Assembly (NCBI GenBank): GCA_012515085.1
Contig: JAAYZB010000143.1
Span: 1 to 48,057 of the forward strand
Origin: Acholeplasmataceae bacterium
GTDB lineage: Bacteria; Bacillota_I; Bacilli_A; Izemoplasmatales; Hujiaoplasmataceae
Direction: 5' to 3'
DNA length: 48,057 nt
A model generated the notes under the pieces. That model was not told the origin of the DNA and made no database searches. It saw only the letters and a list, made by a program, of their open reading frames with translations. Shown here in pieces: positions 35,704 through 45,195 of this stretch; positions within the stretch are counted from its first letter, which is position 1; each line of letters opens with the position of its first letter. The translations under genes were made by a program, and so were the position numbers.

Positions 35704-37662
35704 TTACGCTTTTTCTTTGATCATTCCGTTGCGATAAGCGTCCAAGAGTTTGTACAAATCATCGATTCTTTCTTTGATTTCAGCGCCTTTGTCGGTTTCA
35801 TATAAATAAGTACGCCTCGTATTGAGTTCTTCACTTCGGGTCACCGAAATGATGTCTTTTTCTTCTTGGATCAAGGCTATGTAGGATTCAAACCGTTCGT
35901 GTGACACTAAAAAGTAGGCGTGTGAGTCACTGATGAGGCTATACCCGCCGATTGAGGTGGTCAAAGAATATTGTTTGCTCATACCCCCATCGATCGAGTA
36001 GATCTTTTTTCCGGCCAACACGACTTCGTCGCCTTTGGTGATATCAAGTGGCACATGGCCATTCACAATTTTTGATTTTTCAAAATCCAACCCGAATTCC
36101 TGATAGATCCTCTTCAAGTGTTTTTCTTCCAACCGGAGTCGAAAATACGGATTATTCTGTTCTTTTTGTAGTTTTTTTTCGGCTAAAAAGTAACGTTCAA
36201 ACGTCTTCATGCCATCTTTGGCGAACAACGGACTATTCGGAGATTGCCACAAGAAGAGAAAATAATCGCGGTCCGAATTGTCTTTGTCGTAACGGTTTAT
36301 ATAAGCCTGACGCACTTTTTTGTCGCAAATGTCGAAGAGGTCTTTTCCCCGATATAATAGCCCATCAATTTTTTGCGCGGAAAATTCGCCTTCTGCGGTC
36401 ATTGGCACCGCCGCATGAAACAACAAATTGCCGTTATATTTCAAATACATCGACCCGTTTTGCATCAAGTATTTCGCATGCGCTTGCATCATTTCATTAT
36501 GAAGAAACAGTTGCGTCAGGTGATCGATGACTTCCTGTTCTTCTTCGATTAATCGATAGGGATCCTTCGCAAAATCAATCGTGGGAAAGTTATGATCTTT
36601 CAAGGGGTAAGCGTCGCCACCGATTTGAATCGTCCAGTTGTGCGAATCGATCTTATCCAGAAACAGCCGATCAGCCAATCCAAATTCCGGATGCCTGGAA
36701 ATCACAGCGCTCTCTAGTTTGAATTGAATGATCGATATCGCTTTATGGATTTTGGCGACAAAAGACAAGTCCTCTTCCGTCAACTCACCGATATCTTCTC
36801 CTCGGGGAAGAAAGATTGTACAAGGATCATCGCGATAGAGTTTATTGGCAAGCCGTGCCAGCGGTAAAAAATTGATTCCATAGCCGTCTTCATAACAATC
36901 CAGCGTGTTATACCGGGCCGCCATGCGGATCAGATTCGCAATCATGACTTGGGAGCCGCAGGCGGCGCCTAAGAAGTTGATGTCATGATTGCCCCATTGG
37001 ATATCAACGTTGTTCTTTTTCAAGAGTTTTTCCATCACTAGATGCGGTTTCGGCCCGCGATCAAATATATCCCCCACGATGTGAAGGCGATCGATCGCCA
37101 AGTTGCGAATGAATCGCGAAATTTGAATGATGAATTTTTTTTCGCGTTTGGTTGAAAAAATCGCATCGATGATCGCTTCATAATAGCGTTCTTTATCTTC
37201 GTGGCTGTTTGATTCATAGAGTAGTTCCGTGATGATATAGGCGAATTCTTTCGGCAAGGTTTTCTGAACCTTGCTTTTCGTGTACTTTGTGGCGATGTGT
37301 CGAGAGAGGCCGATCATCCTAAAGAGGATTTGCCGGATCAGTTTTGGATACGCTTCCGGAGAAAGCGATTTTTGATACTTGTTCAGCATATCTGTTGGAT
37401 AGTAAATAAAAAAAGCCAAGCGGTTTTTATCGGTTTCGGTCAATTCTGGAAAAATCAAATCAATTTTTTCTTGGATGATGCCCGATGCGTTTTTCAGATA
37501 ATGATTGAACGCATCGTATTCCCCATGGATATCGGTGATGAATATTTCGGTGCCTTTGGGCAAATTCAAGATGGCACTCAAATTGATTAACTCGCTGCTT
37601 GCGAGTTGAACCGTCGGAAACTCGCGGCTTAAAAGTTCCAAATATTTTTTTTCGTAAAACAT
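35704..37662 (-). CDS. fbp: fructose-1,6-bisphosphatase, class 3
   Basis: 652 aa. MFYEKKYLELLSREFPT... matches the Firmicutes Fbp N-terminus, and metallophosphoesterase motifs are present (GDIFDRGP, GNHD). Confidence 0.92.
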   Translation of the reverse strand: MFYEKKYLELLSREFPTVQLASSELINLSAILNLPKGTEIFITDIHGEYDAFNHYLKNASGIIQEKIDLIFPELTETDKNRLAFFIYYPTDMLNKYQKSLSPEAYPKLIRQILFRMIGLSRHIATKYTKSKVQKTLPKEFAYIITELLYESNSHEDKERYYEAIIDAIFSTKREKKFIIQISRFIRNLAIDRLHIVGDIFDRGPKPHLVMEKLLKKNNVDIQWGNHDINFLGAACGSQVMIANLIRMAARYNTLDCYEDGYGINFLPLARLANKLYRDDPCTIFLPRGEDIGELTEEDLSFVAKIHKAISIIQFKLESAVISRHPEFGLADRLFLDKIDSHNWTIQIGGDAYPLKDHNFPTIDFAKDPYRLIEEEQEVIDHLTQLFLHNEMMQAHAKYLMQNGSMYLKYNGNLLFHAAVPMTAEGEFSAQKIDGLLYRGKDLFDICDKKVRQAYINRYDKDNSDRDYFLFLWQSPNSPLFAKDGMKTFERYFLAEKKLQKEQNNPYFRLRLEEKHLKRIYQEFGLDFEKSKIVNGHVPLDITKGDEVVLAGKKIYSIDGGMSKQYSLTTSIGGYSLISDSHAYFLVSHERFESYIALIQEEKDIISVTRSEELNTRRTYLYETDKGAEIKERIDDLYKLLDAYRNGMIKEKA

Positions 37663-37688
37663 CCCTCGATCCTCCTTTGATGAACCCT

Positions 37689-38408
37689 TTATTGAATGGT
37701 GTCAAGCCAGGCGATCATGAGATCAAACCACCCGGACAAATGCTGATTTTCTTTGGCGAACTCCTTGGGGTTTTTATCCGTAAACGCCGTGCTTTCATCG
37801 GCGAGAGACACCCCGTGCTGTCCGTGTGGATAGAGATGGGCTTCCACCGGTATGTTTTTCTTTCTTAGTGACTGGATCAAGAATAGACTGTTTTCGATTG
37901 GGACCACTCCGTCATCAACGGTATGAAAGAGAAACATGGGCGGACAATTGTCTGGCACGTGATCTTCTAAAGAAATTTCTTCACGCCGCTCATTCGAACA
38001 ATCATCACCCAAGAGATTGTTGATCGAGGGGGCATGACAGAAATCCGCTTTTCCGGTCACGACCGGATAAGCGAGGATACCGCCACGAAACCAGGCGGGT
38101 TGGGTTTCCATGACAAGAAGCGCTAAATGCCCCCCCGCTGAAAATCCCATGAGGAACAGTCGCCGAATTCTTGAGTCTTTCATGAAGCCAGAGATTTGCT
38201 CGATCGCATCATCCAATATTTCTGGATAGCGTATCAACTCCCGGCGATATTCATATACCGCGGCGTGTTTCTTGATCTGGTTCACCCTCCGGGCAACGGG
38301 AGTGGCTTCCCGGGGTGATGTTCTTTGGTAAGCCCCTCCCGGAAAAATCAAAAAAGTATCGCGGCTTTTTGAATCCAAAAAATAGGGAACGATGCGGTTT
38401 TGCGTCAT
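37689..38408 (-). CDS. alpha/beta hydrolase (acetyl-esterase/lipase-like)
   Basis: 239 aa with nucleophile elbow GFSAGGH. The C-terminal region (DDGVVP ... HGQHG) supplies candidate catalytic Asp and His. Confidence 0.75.
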   Translation of the reverse strand: MTQNRIVPYFLDSKSRDTFLIFPGGAYQRTSPREATPVARRVNQIKKHAAVYEYRRELIRYPEILDDAIEQISGFMKDSRIRRLFLMGFSAGGHLALLVMETQPAWFRGGILAYPVVTGKADFCHAPSINNLLGDDCSNERREEISLEDHVPDNCPPMFLFHTVDDGVVPIENSLFLIQSLRKKNIPVEAHLYPHGQHGVSLADESTAFTDKNPKEFAKENQHLSGWFDLMIAWLDTIQ

Positions 38409-38449
38409 CTTTTCCTCCTAAAACTCTCACAAGCCAAGAATACTGGCAG

Positions 38450-38605
38450 CTAGCCGACGTTTTTTTCCAGCGTAACGATGATTCGGCTAGTCATCGCCGC
38501 CCAGGGAATGACCGAGATGACCTTCCAACCTGTTTTCGCGAGGTTGTTCATTATCGTTTCGGCTTCGTTTGCATTCTTGCAATCTAGGACTTTGTATTCT
38601 ACCAT
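38450..38605 (-). CDS. small DUF4177-like protein (51 aa)
   Basis: Below the ORF-track size cut-off. It starts at ATG 38605 with RBS AAGGGAG 8 nt upstream and ends at TAG 38452..38450. The product is MVEYKVLDCKNANEAETIMNNLAKTGWKVISVIPWAAMTSRIIVTLEKNVG, and the pattern (EYKV...GW.V.SV) resembles DUF4177. Confidence 0.55.
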   Translation of the reverse strand: MVEYKVLDCKNANEAETIMNNLAKTGWKVISVIPWAAMTSRIIVTLEKNVG

Positions 38606-38711
38606 TGGTCTTTTCTCCCTTTCTATCCACCCTTCTTATATTATATCCAACTTTCCTGTTTTTATCATTACAAAATCCGAGAATTGGTACTATAACACTG
38701 GTTTATTAATT

Positions 38712-38753
38712 AAAAAAACGGCAAGGCTCTTAAAAGAACATGCGCCCAACCGT
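38712..38753 (-). terminator. candidate terminator after the LarA-like gene
   Basis: The minus strand reads CGGTTGGGC-(16-nt loop)-GCCTTGCCG followed by TTTTTTT. The stem is imperfect. Confidence 0.4.
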
Positions 38754-38770
38754 TTATTGTCAAAGTCGCT

Positions 38771-40036
38771 TTAAAACCGATTGCGATCGATCCACAACCC
38801 GAGTGCCGGATTGGGAATATAAAAGATTTCTTCGCCTGTTGTCAGCTGGTTCCATCCTGATTTTAATTGTTCAATCGGATATTTTTTTATCAACTCTTGG
38901 TAATCACCAGAGGTATAGCCAACACTTTCGACTTCTTGAGGCGACATTTTCCCCGCCGCATAGACGACTTCAAAGCGCCCCTCAGTTGATCCGTGGATCA
39001 AATGGGCGGCGGTGGCCATGTTTTGTTTCAGATCCGGTTCGCTCTGATACCAGCGGATGACTTGATCGCGTCCGCGATATCCATATTTTCGGATCAAATG
39101 GTCAATCGCCTCATCTTCACCAAATTGATGAACCCCTGGCGCAAGCACGATCAGTCTTCCGCCTTCGTTGATCGCCATCCGTGTCCGATAGATCGCTTTG
39201 TTTCCCAGCCAAGTCGTTTTGAATTCTTTGGGATCGAGATATACGACACAGGTATGGATTCCTCGATCAAGGAAATTGAGGTTCTTTTCTTGGGCAAGCG
39301 CGACGGCTGCTTCGAAACCATCACGGTCTCTGCCAATAAATAACCCGTGGGTGATGGTCTCGCCTTGAGGTGCGGTGGTCACCGTGAGTGCATATTCGAT
39401 CGGTCGGTCTTTCAAAAAATGACCCACCCCATAATCCAATGCTTCTCGAACCGGCGTATGATCTTTCCCCATCATCCTTTCCATACCGAAAAGCGCACCG
39501 ATCATGTGAGAGCGGTGGATCGTTTGACTCCCGCCACAACCCACTAAGATATTTTTGGTATAGTTCGCCATTCCGATGACTTCATGAGGAACGACTTGGC
39601 CGATCGAAACAATGAGATCATAGGAAGGATCGAGCAATAACCGATTGACTTCACAAACAAGGGGTTCGCTTTCCACCCCTTCTGTCCATTTAAAAATCAG
39701 GCTCCCCGGGACATCCCCGATATGAATCGTATCGGTTTTCCAGCGATGGATCAACATCCGCTCATACGGGATTTTCGGGTACATATCGGTAAATTCTGCC
39801 CGTGTCATCGGCACATGCGTTCCGAGTGCCGGCATCACGTCAACGATTGCCGTCTCTTTTAAACACTCATAATAACACCCGGCAATAAAACCCGCTTTCG
39901 AATGATAGCGGGTGACATCGGGGGGGATCAATAAGACTTTTCGATATGATTTCTCCGCAAGTGATTGTTGGATTGCCTGTTGAATCGTTTGATCCGAGAG
40001 TCCGCTCCTTGATGTTGCTTTCAAGAGAATACTCAT
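38771..40036 (-). CDS. LarA-family nickel-pincer-cofactor 2-hydroxyacid racemase/epimerase (candidate D-gluconate/D-mannonate 2-epimerase)
   Basis: 421 aa, the size of LarA. It has the N-terminal DUF2088 signature ...KVLLIPPDVTRYHSKAG (DxTR) and a central GQVVPHEVIGMANYTK...GCGG segment like the LarA His/Lys region. It lies 3 nt downstream of the SDR gene. Confidence 0.65.
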   Translation of the reverse strand: MSILLKATSRSGLSDQTIQQAIQQSLAEKSYRKVLLIPPDVTRYHSKAGFIAGCYYECLKETAIVDVMPALGTHVPMTRAEFTDMYPKIPYERMLIHRWKTDTIHIGDVPGSLIFKWTEGVESEPLVCEVNRLLLDPSYDLIVSIGQVVPHEVIGMANYTKNILVGCGGSQTIHRSHMIGALFGMERMMGKDHTPVREALDYGVGHFLKDRPIEYALTVTTAPQGETITHGLFIGRDRDGFEAAVALAQEKNLNFLDRGIHTCVVYLDPKEFKTTWLGNKAIYRTRMAINEGGRLIVLAPGVHQFGEDEAIDHLIRKYGYRGRDQVIRWYQSEPDLKQNMATAAHLIHGSTEGRFEVVYAAGKMSPQEVESVGYTSGDYQELIKKYPIEQLKSGWNQLTTGEEIFYIPNPALGLWIDRNRF

Positions 40037-40039
40037 GGA

Positions 40040-40891
40040 TCAAACTCCGGAATATGCGGAGAATCCACCGTCGATTGGCACTACGACTCCGGTGACAAAG
40101 CCGCTGGCATCATTATCGATGAGCCAGAGGACGCTCCCGAGCAGTTCCTCCGGTTGACCGAAGCGACCCATTGGTGTCTGATTCAATATTTTATGTGACC
40201 GAATCGTCGGGGTTCCGTCGGAATTCCAAAGCAGTGCTTCATTTTGAGCGGTCGAGAAGAATCCCGGTGCGATCGCGTTCACCCGGATGCCGCTTTTGGC
40301 GAAATGCACTGCGAGCCATTGGGTAAAATTGGAGATAGCTGCTTTGGCGGCGCTATATGCGGGTATTTTTGTCAAAGGGGAAAACGCGTTCATGGAACTG
40401 ATATTCAAAATGACCGATCCGGGTTTGTCGACCATATCCCGGGCAAAACATTGCGTTGGCAACAACGTTCCGGTAAAGTTGAGCCCGAATACGAGGCCAA
40501 ACCCTTCGGGGTCCAAATCAAAAAAGCTTTTATGGCCTTCCTTGCCATAAGTTGCCGGATTGAAGAATTCTTCATCGGTGGTCGCTTGAGGACTATTTCC
40601 GCCAGCACCGTTGATCAAAATATCGCACTTGCCATAGTGTTGCAAGACGGTTTGGTGAGCTTCTTCGATTGCGTTTTTGTTCAAAACATCCACATAAACC
40701 CCAAAAGCCTCATGACCTTCGGCTTGGATTTCTTTCGCCAAGGTTTTCGCTCTCTCCAGTGATCGATCTAAAATAGTCACTTTGGCCCCGCAAGCAGCGA
40801 TCGCTTTCGCAAACGCGCTGCAAAGAACACCGGCGCCACCGGTGATCACCACGACCTTTCCGGTCAAATCGGGAAACGCGGTCAATTTCAT
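40040..40891 (-). CDS. short-chain dehydrogenase (UxuB-like fructuronate/mannonate oxidoreductase candidate)
   Basis: 283 aa with TGGAGVLC (TGxxxG), NGAG, and the catalytic pattern S...YSAAK (YxxxK). Confidence 0.7.
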   Translation of the reverse strand: MKLTAFPDLTGKVVVITGGAGVLCSAFAKAIAACGAKVTILDRSLERAKTLAKEIQAEGHEAFGVYVDVLNKNAIEEAHQTVLQHYGKCDILINGAGGNSPQATTDEEFFNPATYGKEGHKSFFDLDPEGFGLVFGLNFTGTLLPTQCFARDMVDKPGSVILNISSMNAFSPLTKIPAYSAAKAAISNFTQWLAVHFAKSGIRVNAIAPGFFSTAQNEALLWNSDGTPTIRSHKILNQTPMGRFGQPEELLGSVLWLIDNDASGFVTGVVVPIDGGFSAYSGV

Positions 40892-40917
40892 TTTCTCCCC
40901 TCACTTCTTAAATTTAC

Positions 40918-42369
40918 TTATACGTTATACGTGGTCGAAGCAGTATCCCCGCCGCGTCCAGTCCAGTTGGTATGGAAAAATTCACCTTGCGGATGATCGA
41001 GGCGTTCATATGTGTGCGCACCGAAATAATCTCGCTGAGCCTGCAATAAGTTAGCTGGTAAATTCGCTGTTTTATAGCCATCGAAATACGTGAGCGCGGC
41101 TGCCATCGCCGGAACAGGAATGGCTTGACGGATGGCGGTTGAGACGACTTCTCGCCAACTTTCCTGCAAGCTTTCGATTGTCTTTTTGAAATAGGGATCC
41201 AGCAATAAATTGGCTAAGGTTGGTTTGTTGTCAAAGGCCTCTTTGATTTTGCCAAGGAACACCGACCGGATGATACAACCGCCTCGCCACATGAGCGCGA
41301 TCCCACCATAATTCAAATTCCACCCATAGGTGCTTGCGGCGGCTTTCATCAAGGTGTAGCCTTGGGCATAAGATATAATCTTGGACGCATACAGTGCTTT
41401 GCGGATCGCTTCAATGAACGTTTTTTTATTCTGATCAAAGACGGGCTTGTTCATTTTGTATGTCTGACTCGCAACCACTCTTTCGGCTTTCATCGCGGAT
41501 AAGCATCTCGCATAAACGGCTTCGCCGATCAAGGTCAAAGGAACCCCTTCTTCCATGGAAGCGATCCCGGTCCATTTGCCCGTTCCTTTTTGTCCGGCGG
41601 TATCTTTGATTTTGTCGACCAATGGCAACCCATCGCTATCTTTAAACGCCAGTATCTCCGCTGTGATCTCAATGAGATAACTATCAAGTTCCGTTTTGTT
41701 CCAAGCCTTGAATACTTCATGCATTTCATCCGCACTCATGCCTAGAAGTTCTCGCATGATGTGATATGCTTCACAAATCAGTTGAATGTCGCCATATTCA
41801 ATTCCGTTATGTACCATTTTGACAAAATGCCCGGCGCCGCCTTCGCCGACCCAGTCGCAACAAGCCGAGCCATCTTCCACTTTCGCGGCGATGGCCTGAA
41901 AGATCGGTTGGATCAGCTTCCATGCGGCTTTCGATCCCCCCGGCATCAGTGAAGGACCAAGCAACGCGCCTTCTTCACCGCCGGAAACACCGGACCCAAC
42001 ATAAAGAAGTCCTTTGCTTTCAACATAGTCCGTGCGTCTTATGGTATCCGGAAAATGGGAATTCCCACCATCGATGATAACGTCGCCTTTCTCCATGATT
42101 GGTAAAAGTTGCTCAATCACTTGATCCACGGGATCACCGGCTTTGATCATCAACATGACTTTTCGTGGTTTTTTCAGCTGATCGATCAATTCGTTGAGCG
42201 AAAATGCAAAGAGGATATTTTTCCCCTTTGCCTGATTGTCCCGGAAATGTTCCACTCGTCTCGGATCGCGGTTGTATACCGCAACACAAAACCCTTTGGA
42301 TTCCATATTCAAGACCAGATTGGCCCCCATCACCGCCAATCCCACAACGCCGATATCCGCTTTTTTCAT
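40918..42369 (-). CDS. gnd: 6-phosphogluconate dehydrogenase (decarboxylating)
   Basis: 483 aa. MKKADIGVVGLAVMGANLVLNM... is followed by a full-length Gnd pattern (IIDGGNS, GVSGGEEGA, HFVKMVHNGIEYGDMQ-like). Confidence 0.92.
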   Translation of the reverse strand: MKKADIGVVGLAVMGANLVLNMESKGFCVAVYNRDPRRVEHFRDNQAKGKNILFAFSLNELIDQLKKPRKVMLMIKAGDPVDQVIEQLLPIMEKGDVIIDGGNSHFPDTIRRTDYVESKGLLYVGSGVSGGEEGALLGPSLMPGGSKAAWKLIQPIFQAIAAKVEDGSACCDWVGEGGAGHFVKMVHNGIEYGDIQLICEAYHIMRELLGMSADEMHEVFKAWNKTELDSYLIEITAEILAFKDSDGLPLVDKIKDTAGQKGTGKWTGIASMEEGVPLTLIGEAVYARCLSAMKAERVVASQTYKMNKPVFDQNKKTFIEAIRKALYASKIISYAQGYTLMKAAASTYGWNLNYGGIALMWRGGCIIRSVFLGKIKEAFDNKPTLANLLLDPYFKKTIESLQESWREVVSTAIRQAIPVPAMAAALTYFDGYKTANLPANLLQAQRDYFGAHTYERLDHPQGEFFHTNWTGRGGDTASTTYNV

Positions 42370-42399
42370 ATCCGACTTTCCTCCGAAAAATAATATCTT

Positions 42400-43473
42400 T
42401 TAGCGTTTGACACGAGCATTGCCTTCATAAATTCGCCAAAGTTGTTCTTCATTCAACGGCAATCCAAAATCATCGAGCAAGGTGACGACATACGCCCCGC
42501 TTGCCCAAGCGAGTTGGAGGCTTTCCGTCAATGAATATCCTTTGAGCAGTCCATAGAGCAGCCCTCCGACAAACCCATCGCCACCACCGATCCGATCCAT
42601 CACCTGGATCAATCTTGGCTCGATTTGGATCCACTGATCGTCTGCCAGCATGATGGCACCCCACAGATGTTCATTGGCATTCACCACTTCTCGCAATGTC
42701 GTGGCAAATAACTCGACTTTCGGATACGCTTGTTTGGCTTTCAAAATCATCTCTTTGAAATTTGCGGTCTGATCCAATAAATTCTTTCCCCCAGAAGCCG
42801 GTCCCGTCAGCCCAAGCGCCAATTGAAAATCCTCTTCATTGCCGATGAGAAAATCGGCGCATCCTGCCAACTCGGTAAACAGTTGTCTCAATTCGGATTG
42901 TCTTTCTTCCCAAAAAGATGCCCGATAATTCAAATCAAAGGATATCTTCGTTCCTGACTGTTTCGCTTTCCGGGCAAGTTCCAAACAAAACGCCCCAGTA
43001 TTCGGGCTTAGTGCCGCAATCAGACCGGACAGATGCAACAACGCCACTCCTTCACGCTGGAACAGTCGATCCAAATCAAAATCTTGAATGTTGAGTGTCT
43101 TGCCGACTTCACCAGCCCGGTCGTTTTGCACTTGCGGTGCCCGAAGTCCATATCCGGAATCAGCGATGTTGAATTGATGTCGATAGCCCCACGGTCCCCC
43201 TTGGGGAATCTCTTTGCCTTCGAATTCAATGCCGCGACGTCTTAAGTCGTTTTTGATAAATTGAGCGATCGGGCTCATTTTTACAAACTTGGTCAATACT
43301 TTGACCTTCAACCCCAGTGCTGCGGAAATACTGATCACATTGGTCTCAGCGCTGGTTGCCTGCATGTGAAAACCCGTGGAAATATGGACGGGTTGCCGGT
43401 CATTCGGAGTGATTCGGACTCCCATACTGGAGGGAACCAGAATGGCATAACGAGCATGTTCGCGAAACGTCAT
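42400..43473 (-). CDS. PfkB-family sugar-acid kinase (KdgK-like; the substrate could be 2-keto-3-deoxygluconate or gluconate)
   Basis: 357 aa with ribokinase-fold motifs (late GGGDGFVGGLLYG anion hole/ATP site). The RBS is GAGGAGG. Confidence 0.7.
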   Translation of the reverse strand: MTFREHARYAILVPSSMGVRITPNDRQPVHISTGFHMQATSAETNVISISAALGLKVKVLTKFVKMSPIAQFIKNDLRRRGIEFEGKEIPQGGPWGYRHQFNIADSGYGLRAPQVQNDRAGEVGKTLNIQDFDLDRLFQREGVALLHLSGLIAALSPNTGAFCLELARKAKQSGTKISFDLNYRASFWEERQSELRQLFTELAGCADFLIGNEEDFQLALGLTGPASGGKNLLDQTANFKEMILKAKQAYPKVELFATTLREVVNANEHLWGAIMLADDQWIQIEPRLIQVMDRIGGGDGFVGGLLYGLLKGYSLTESLQLAWASGAYVVTLLDDFGLPLNEEQLWRIYEGNARVKR

Positions 43474-43512
43474 AGAAAAACCTCCTCAAAAATCGCTGAT
43501 AATTGATTGGAT

Positions 43513-44988
43513 CTAAGCTTTTAACAACGTTAAATGTTTACCGATGTGCTTTTCGAGCATTTTGGCATAGGTATCCTGAAATTCGTTCCACAATTGATAC
43601 AATTTGGTTCGGAACCGATCGCTGCCATCGGTATTTTGCGCATTCAAAATCAGGCCATAGGTAATATGGATCAATTGTCTGGCTTCATTTAAATTAAATA
43701 AGGCCGGAAGCTCGGAATCTTTCAAAGTCGAGATGTCCGGAATTCGGGTGAGATCGGTCGTCACATGATAATATTGTCTGGCATCCTGAAAAACCGATAG
43801 GGCATAGTCGTGAATCTCCCGATACAGCGCGGGATCGATGAGTGCCACCGCGCGCATCGCTTCCAGCCAATTGGTTCCTGCGGTTTTCACATGATAACGG
43901 CCTCGAGTGATGCGGCCGATCAGGGGGAAAACCGAAAACTTATCCGATCCCGAATGGATCGACAATTTATAATGGAAATGGCGAGCAATCGCCGCATGGA
44001 CTTTTAATTCTTGTTCAAACTGGTTTAAATCGCCAATATAATCAATCCCTTTTTGAAACTCACCGCAAAATCGCGGTGCCAATGTGGCGATCTCGACTTG
44101 CTGGTGTACCAACTCACTGGCCACAAAATAATGTTCCAAAGGGGTTGTCGGTGTCATGGTTTCATCGATGGACAATTCAAAATCCGCATTTGCTTGGGAA
44201 TCGATGAAAAACTGGTGGAAAACTGTTTTGGTAAAATCAATGGCTTTTCCATAAATGAGGACGATGCGTTTCAGCGAGATCTCATCATAGGTGAACGTTA
44301 CGTCTTCGATCTGAAATGTCCGATGAAGATAGCGTTTGATAAGATCTTCATCCAACTGGATTTCTCGATCCACTTCCTGATCGGTCATATTGCCGACTTG
44401 ATTATCGATATAGTCGCTGCAATCCAGTGTGATCATCGAAAACCCCAGTTTCAATGCAACTTCAATATCCTCAACTTTTTTTAGATGATCGCCATCTGCT
44501 CCATATCCTTTTTTATATCCTTCCCGAAAAACCGCAAAAGTCACTTGATTTAACACATCTTCAAAGGATCGCTTTGTCAGTGTCAATTCACGAATGGATT
44601 GTTGGGCAAAAACGGGATAAACATCTTGATTTCGAAAAGCCCGGATATGGCCGGGCGTTGCAATTCCAAGGCGATCGCCAACACCGAAAGAGCGATCCTG
44701 GCGCAACACCCTGGTTGGCGCGGTAAAAGGAAAATGGTGTCTTAACGCTTGGGCATTTAGCGAATTGAGAGCAGAGATCCGAACCGGCTTATCCAATCCA
44801 TTGATCGGTTGACCTTGAAAGTCAGATCCACCTTCGCCGACAAGGACGAGCTTATCTTCCGTATCATCCTTAATCATGAAAACCGTGAGTGATCCCGCTT
44901 GATTAATTGAGTATGGATAAACACCTGCGACTTCGGTTGCCGAAACAGCAGGTAGATTATGGATAAATTGCATCAATCCATTCGTCAT
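43513..44988 (-). CDS. uxaE: tagaturonate/fructuronate epimerase
   Basis: The ORF has a TTG at 45030. I prefer the ATG at 44988 (MTNGLMQFIHNL...), with AGGAGG 6 nt upstream. It encodes about 491 aa, the size and context of UxaE-family proteins described in Thermotoga. Confidence 0.65.
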   Translation of the reverse strand: MTNGLMQFIHNLPAVSATEVAGVYPYSINQAGSLTVFMIKDDTEDKLVLVGEGGSDFQGQPINGLDKPVRISALNSLNAQALRHHFPFTAPTRVLRQDRSFGVGDRLGIATPGHIRAFRNQDVYPVFAQQSIRELTLTKRSFEDVLNQVTFAVFREGYKKGYGADGDHLKKVEDIEVALKLGFSMITLDCSDYIDNQVGNMTDQEVDREIQLDEDLIKRYLHRTFQIEDVTFTYDEISLKRIVLIYGKAIDFTKTVFHQFFIDSQANADFELSIDETMTPTTPLEHYFVASELVHQQVEIATLAPRFCGEFQKGIDYIGDLNQFEQELKVHAAIARHFHYKLSIHSGSDKFSVFPLIGRITRGRYHVKTAGTNWLEAMRAVALIDPALYREIHDYALSVFQDARQYYHVTTDLTRIPDISTLKDSELPALFNLNEARQLIHITYGLILNAQNTDGSDRFRTKLYQLWNEFQDTYAKMLEKHIGKHLTLLKA

Positions 44989-45169
44989 AAGCTTCCTCCT
45001 AAAAAGCGTGATTGTCGCGAAAAAAAACAATATTTTCTATCCAAAGTGTATCAAATTATTTGGCAAAATACAATCATTCCCTGATATCTCTAACGGGATT
45101 TTTCGTCTCAATTTCATAGCGTCTATTATGCTGATACAATTGCTGTTCAAGGAAACGATACACCAAAAG

Positions 45170-45195
45170 AAAAAACCGCATTCCAATATGCCGGT
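45170..45195 (-). terminator. intrinsic terminator after the Imm5-like gene
   Basis: The minus strand reads ACCG(G)CAT-attgga-ATGCGGT followed by TTTTTTC. It starts immediately after the TAG at 45196. Confidence 0.5.

Noticed and set aside
38315-38774. Two plus-strand ORFs (90 and 98 aa) in the gap between the LarA-like and esterase genes.
   Set aside because: They have no RBS and run opposite to the uniform strand bias. They overlap the esterase start and a minus-strand small ORF that has a good RBS. Their peptides are low-complexity.
45031-45195. GTATCA / TGATAC motifs about 95 nt apart upstream of uxaE, considered as GntR/LacI-type operator half-sites.
   Set aside because: The matches are only 6 bp, the spacing is too large for a single operator, no regulator gene is in the cluster, and I could not define a convincing promoter relative to them. 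They are not distinguishable from chance by eye.
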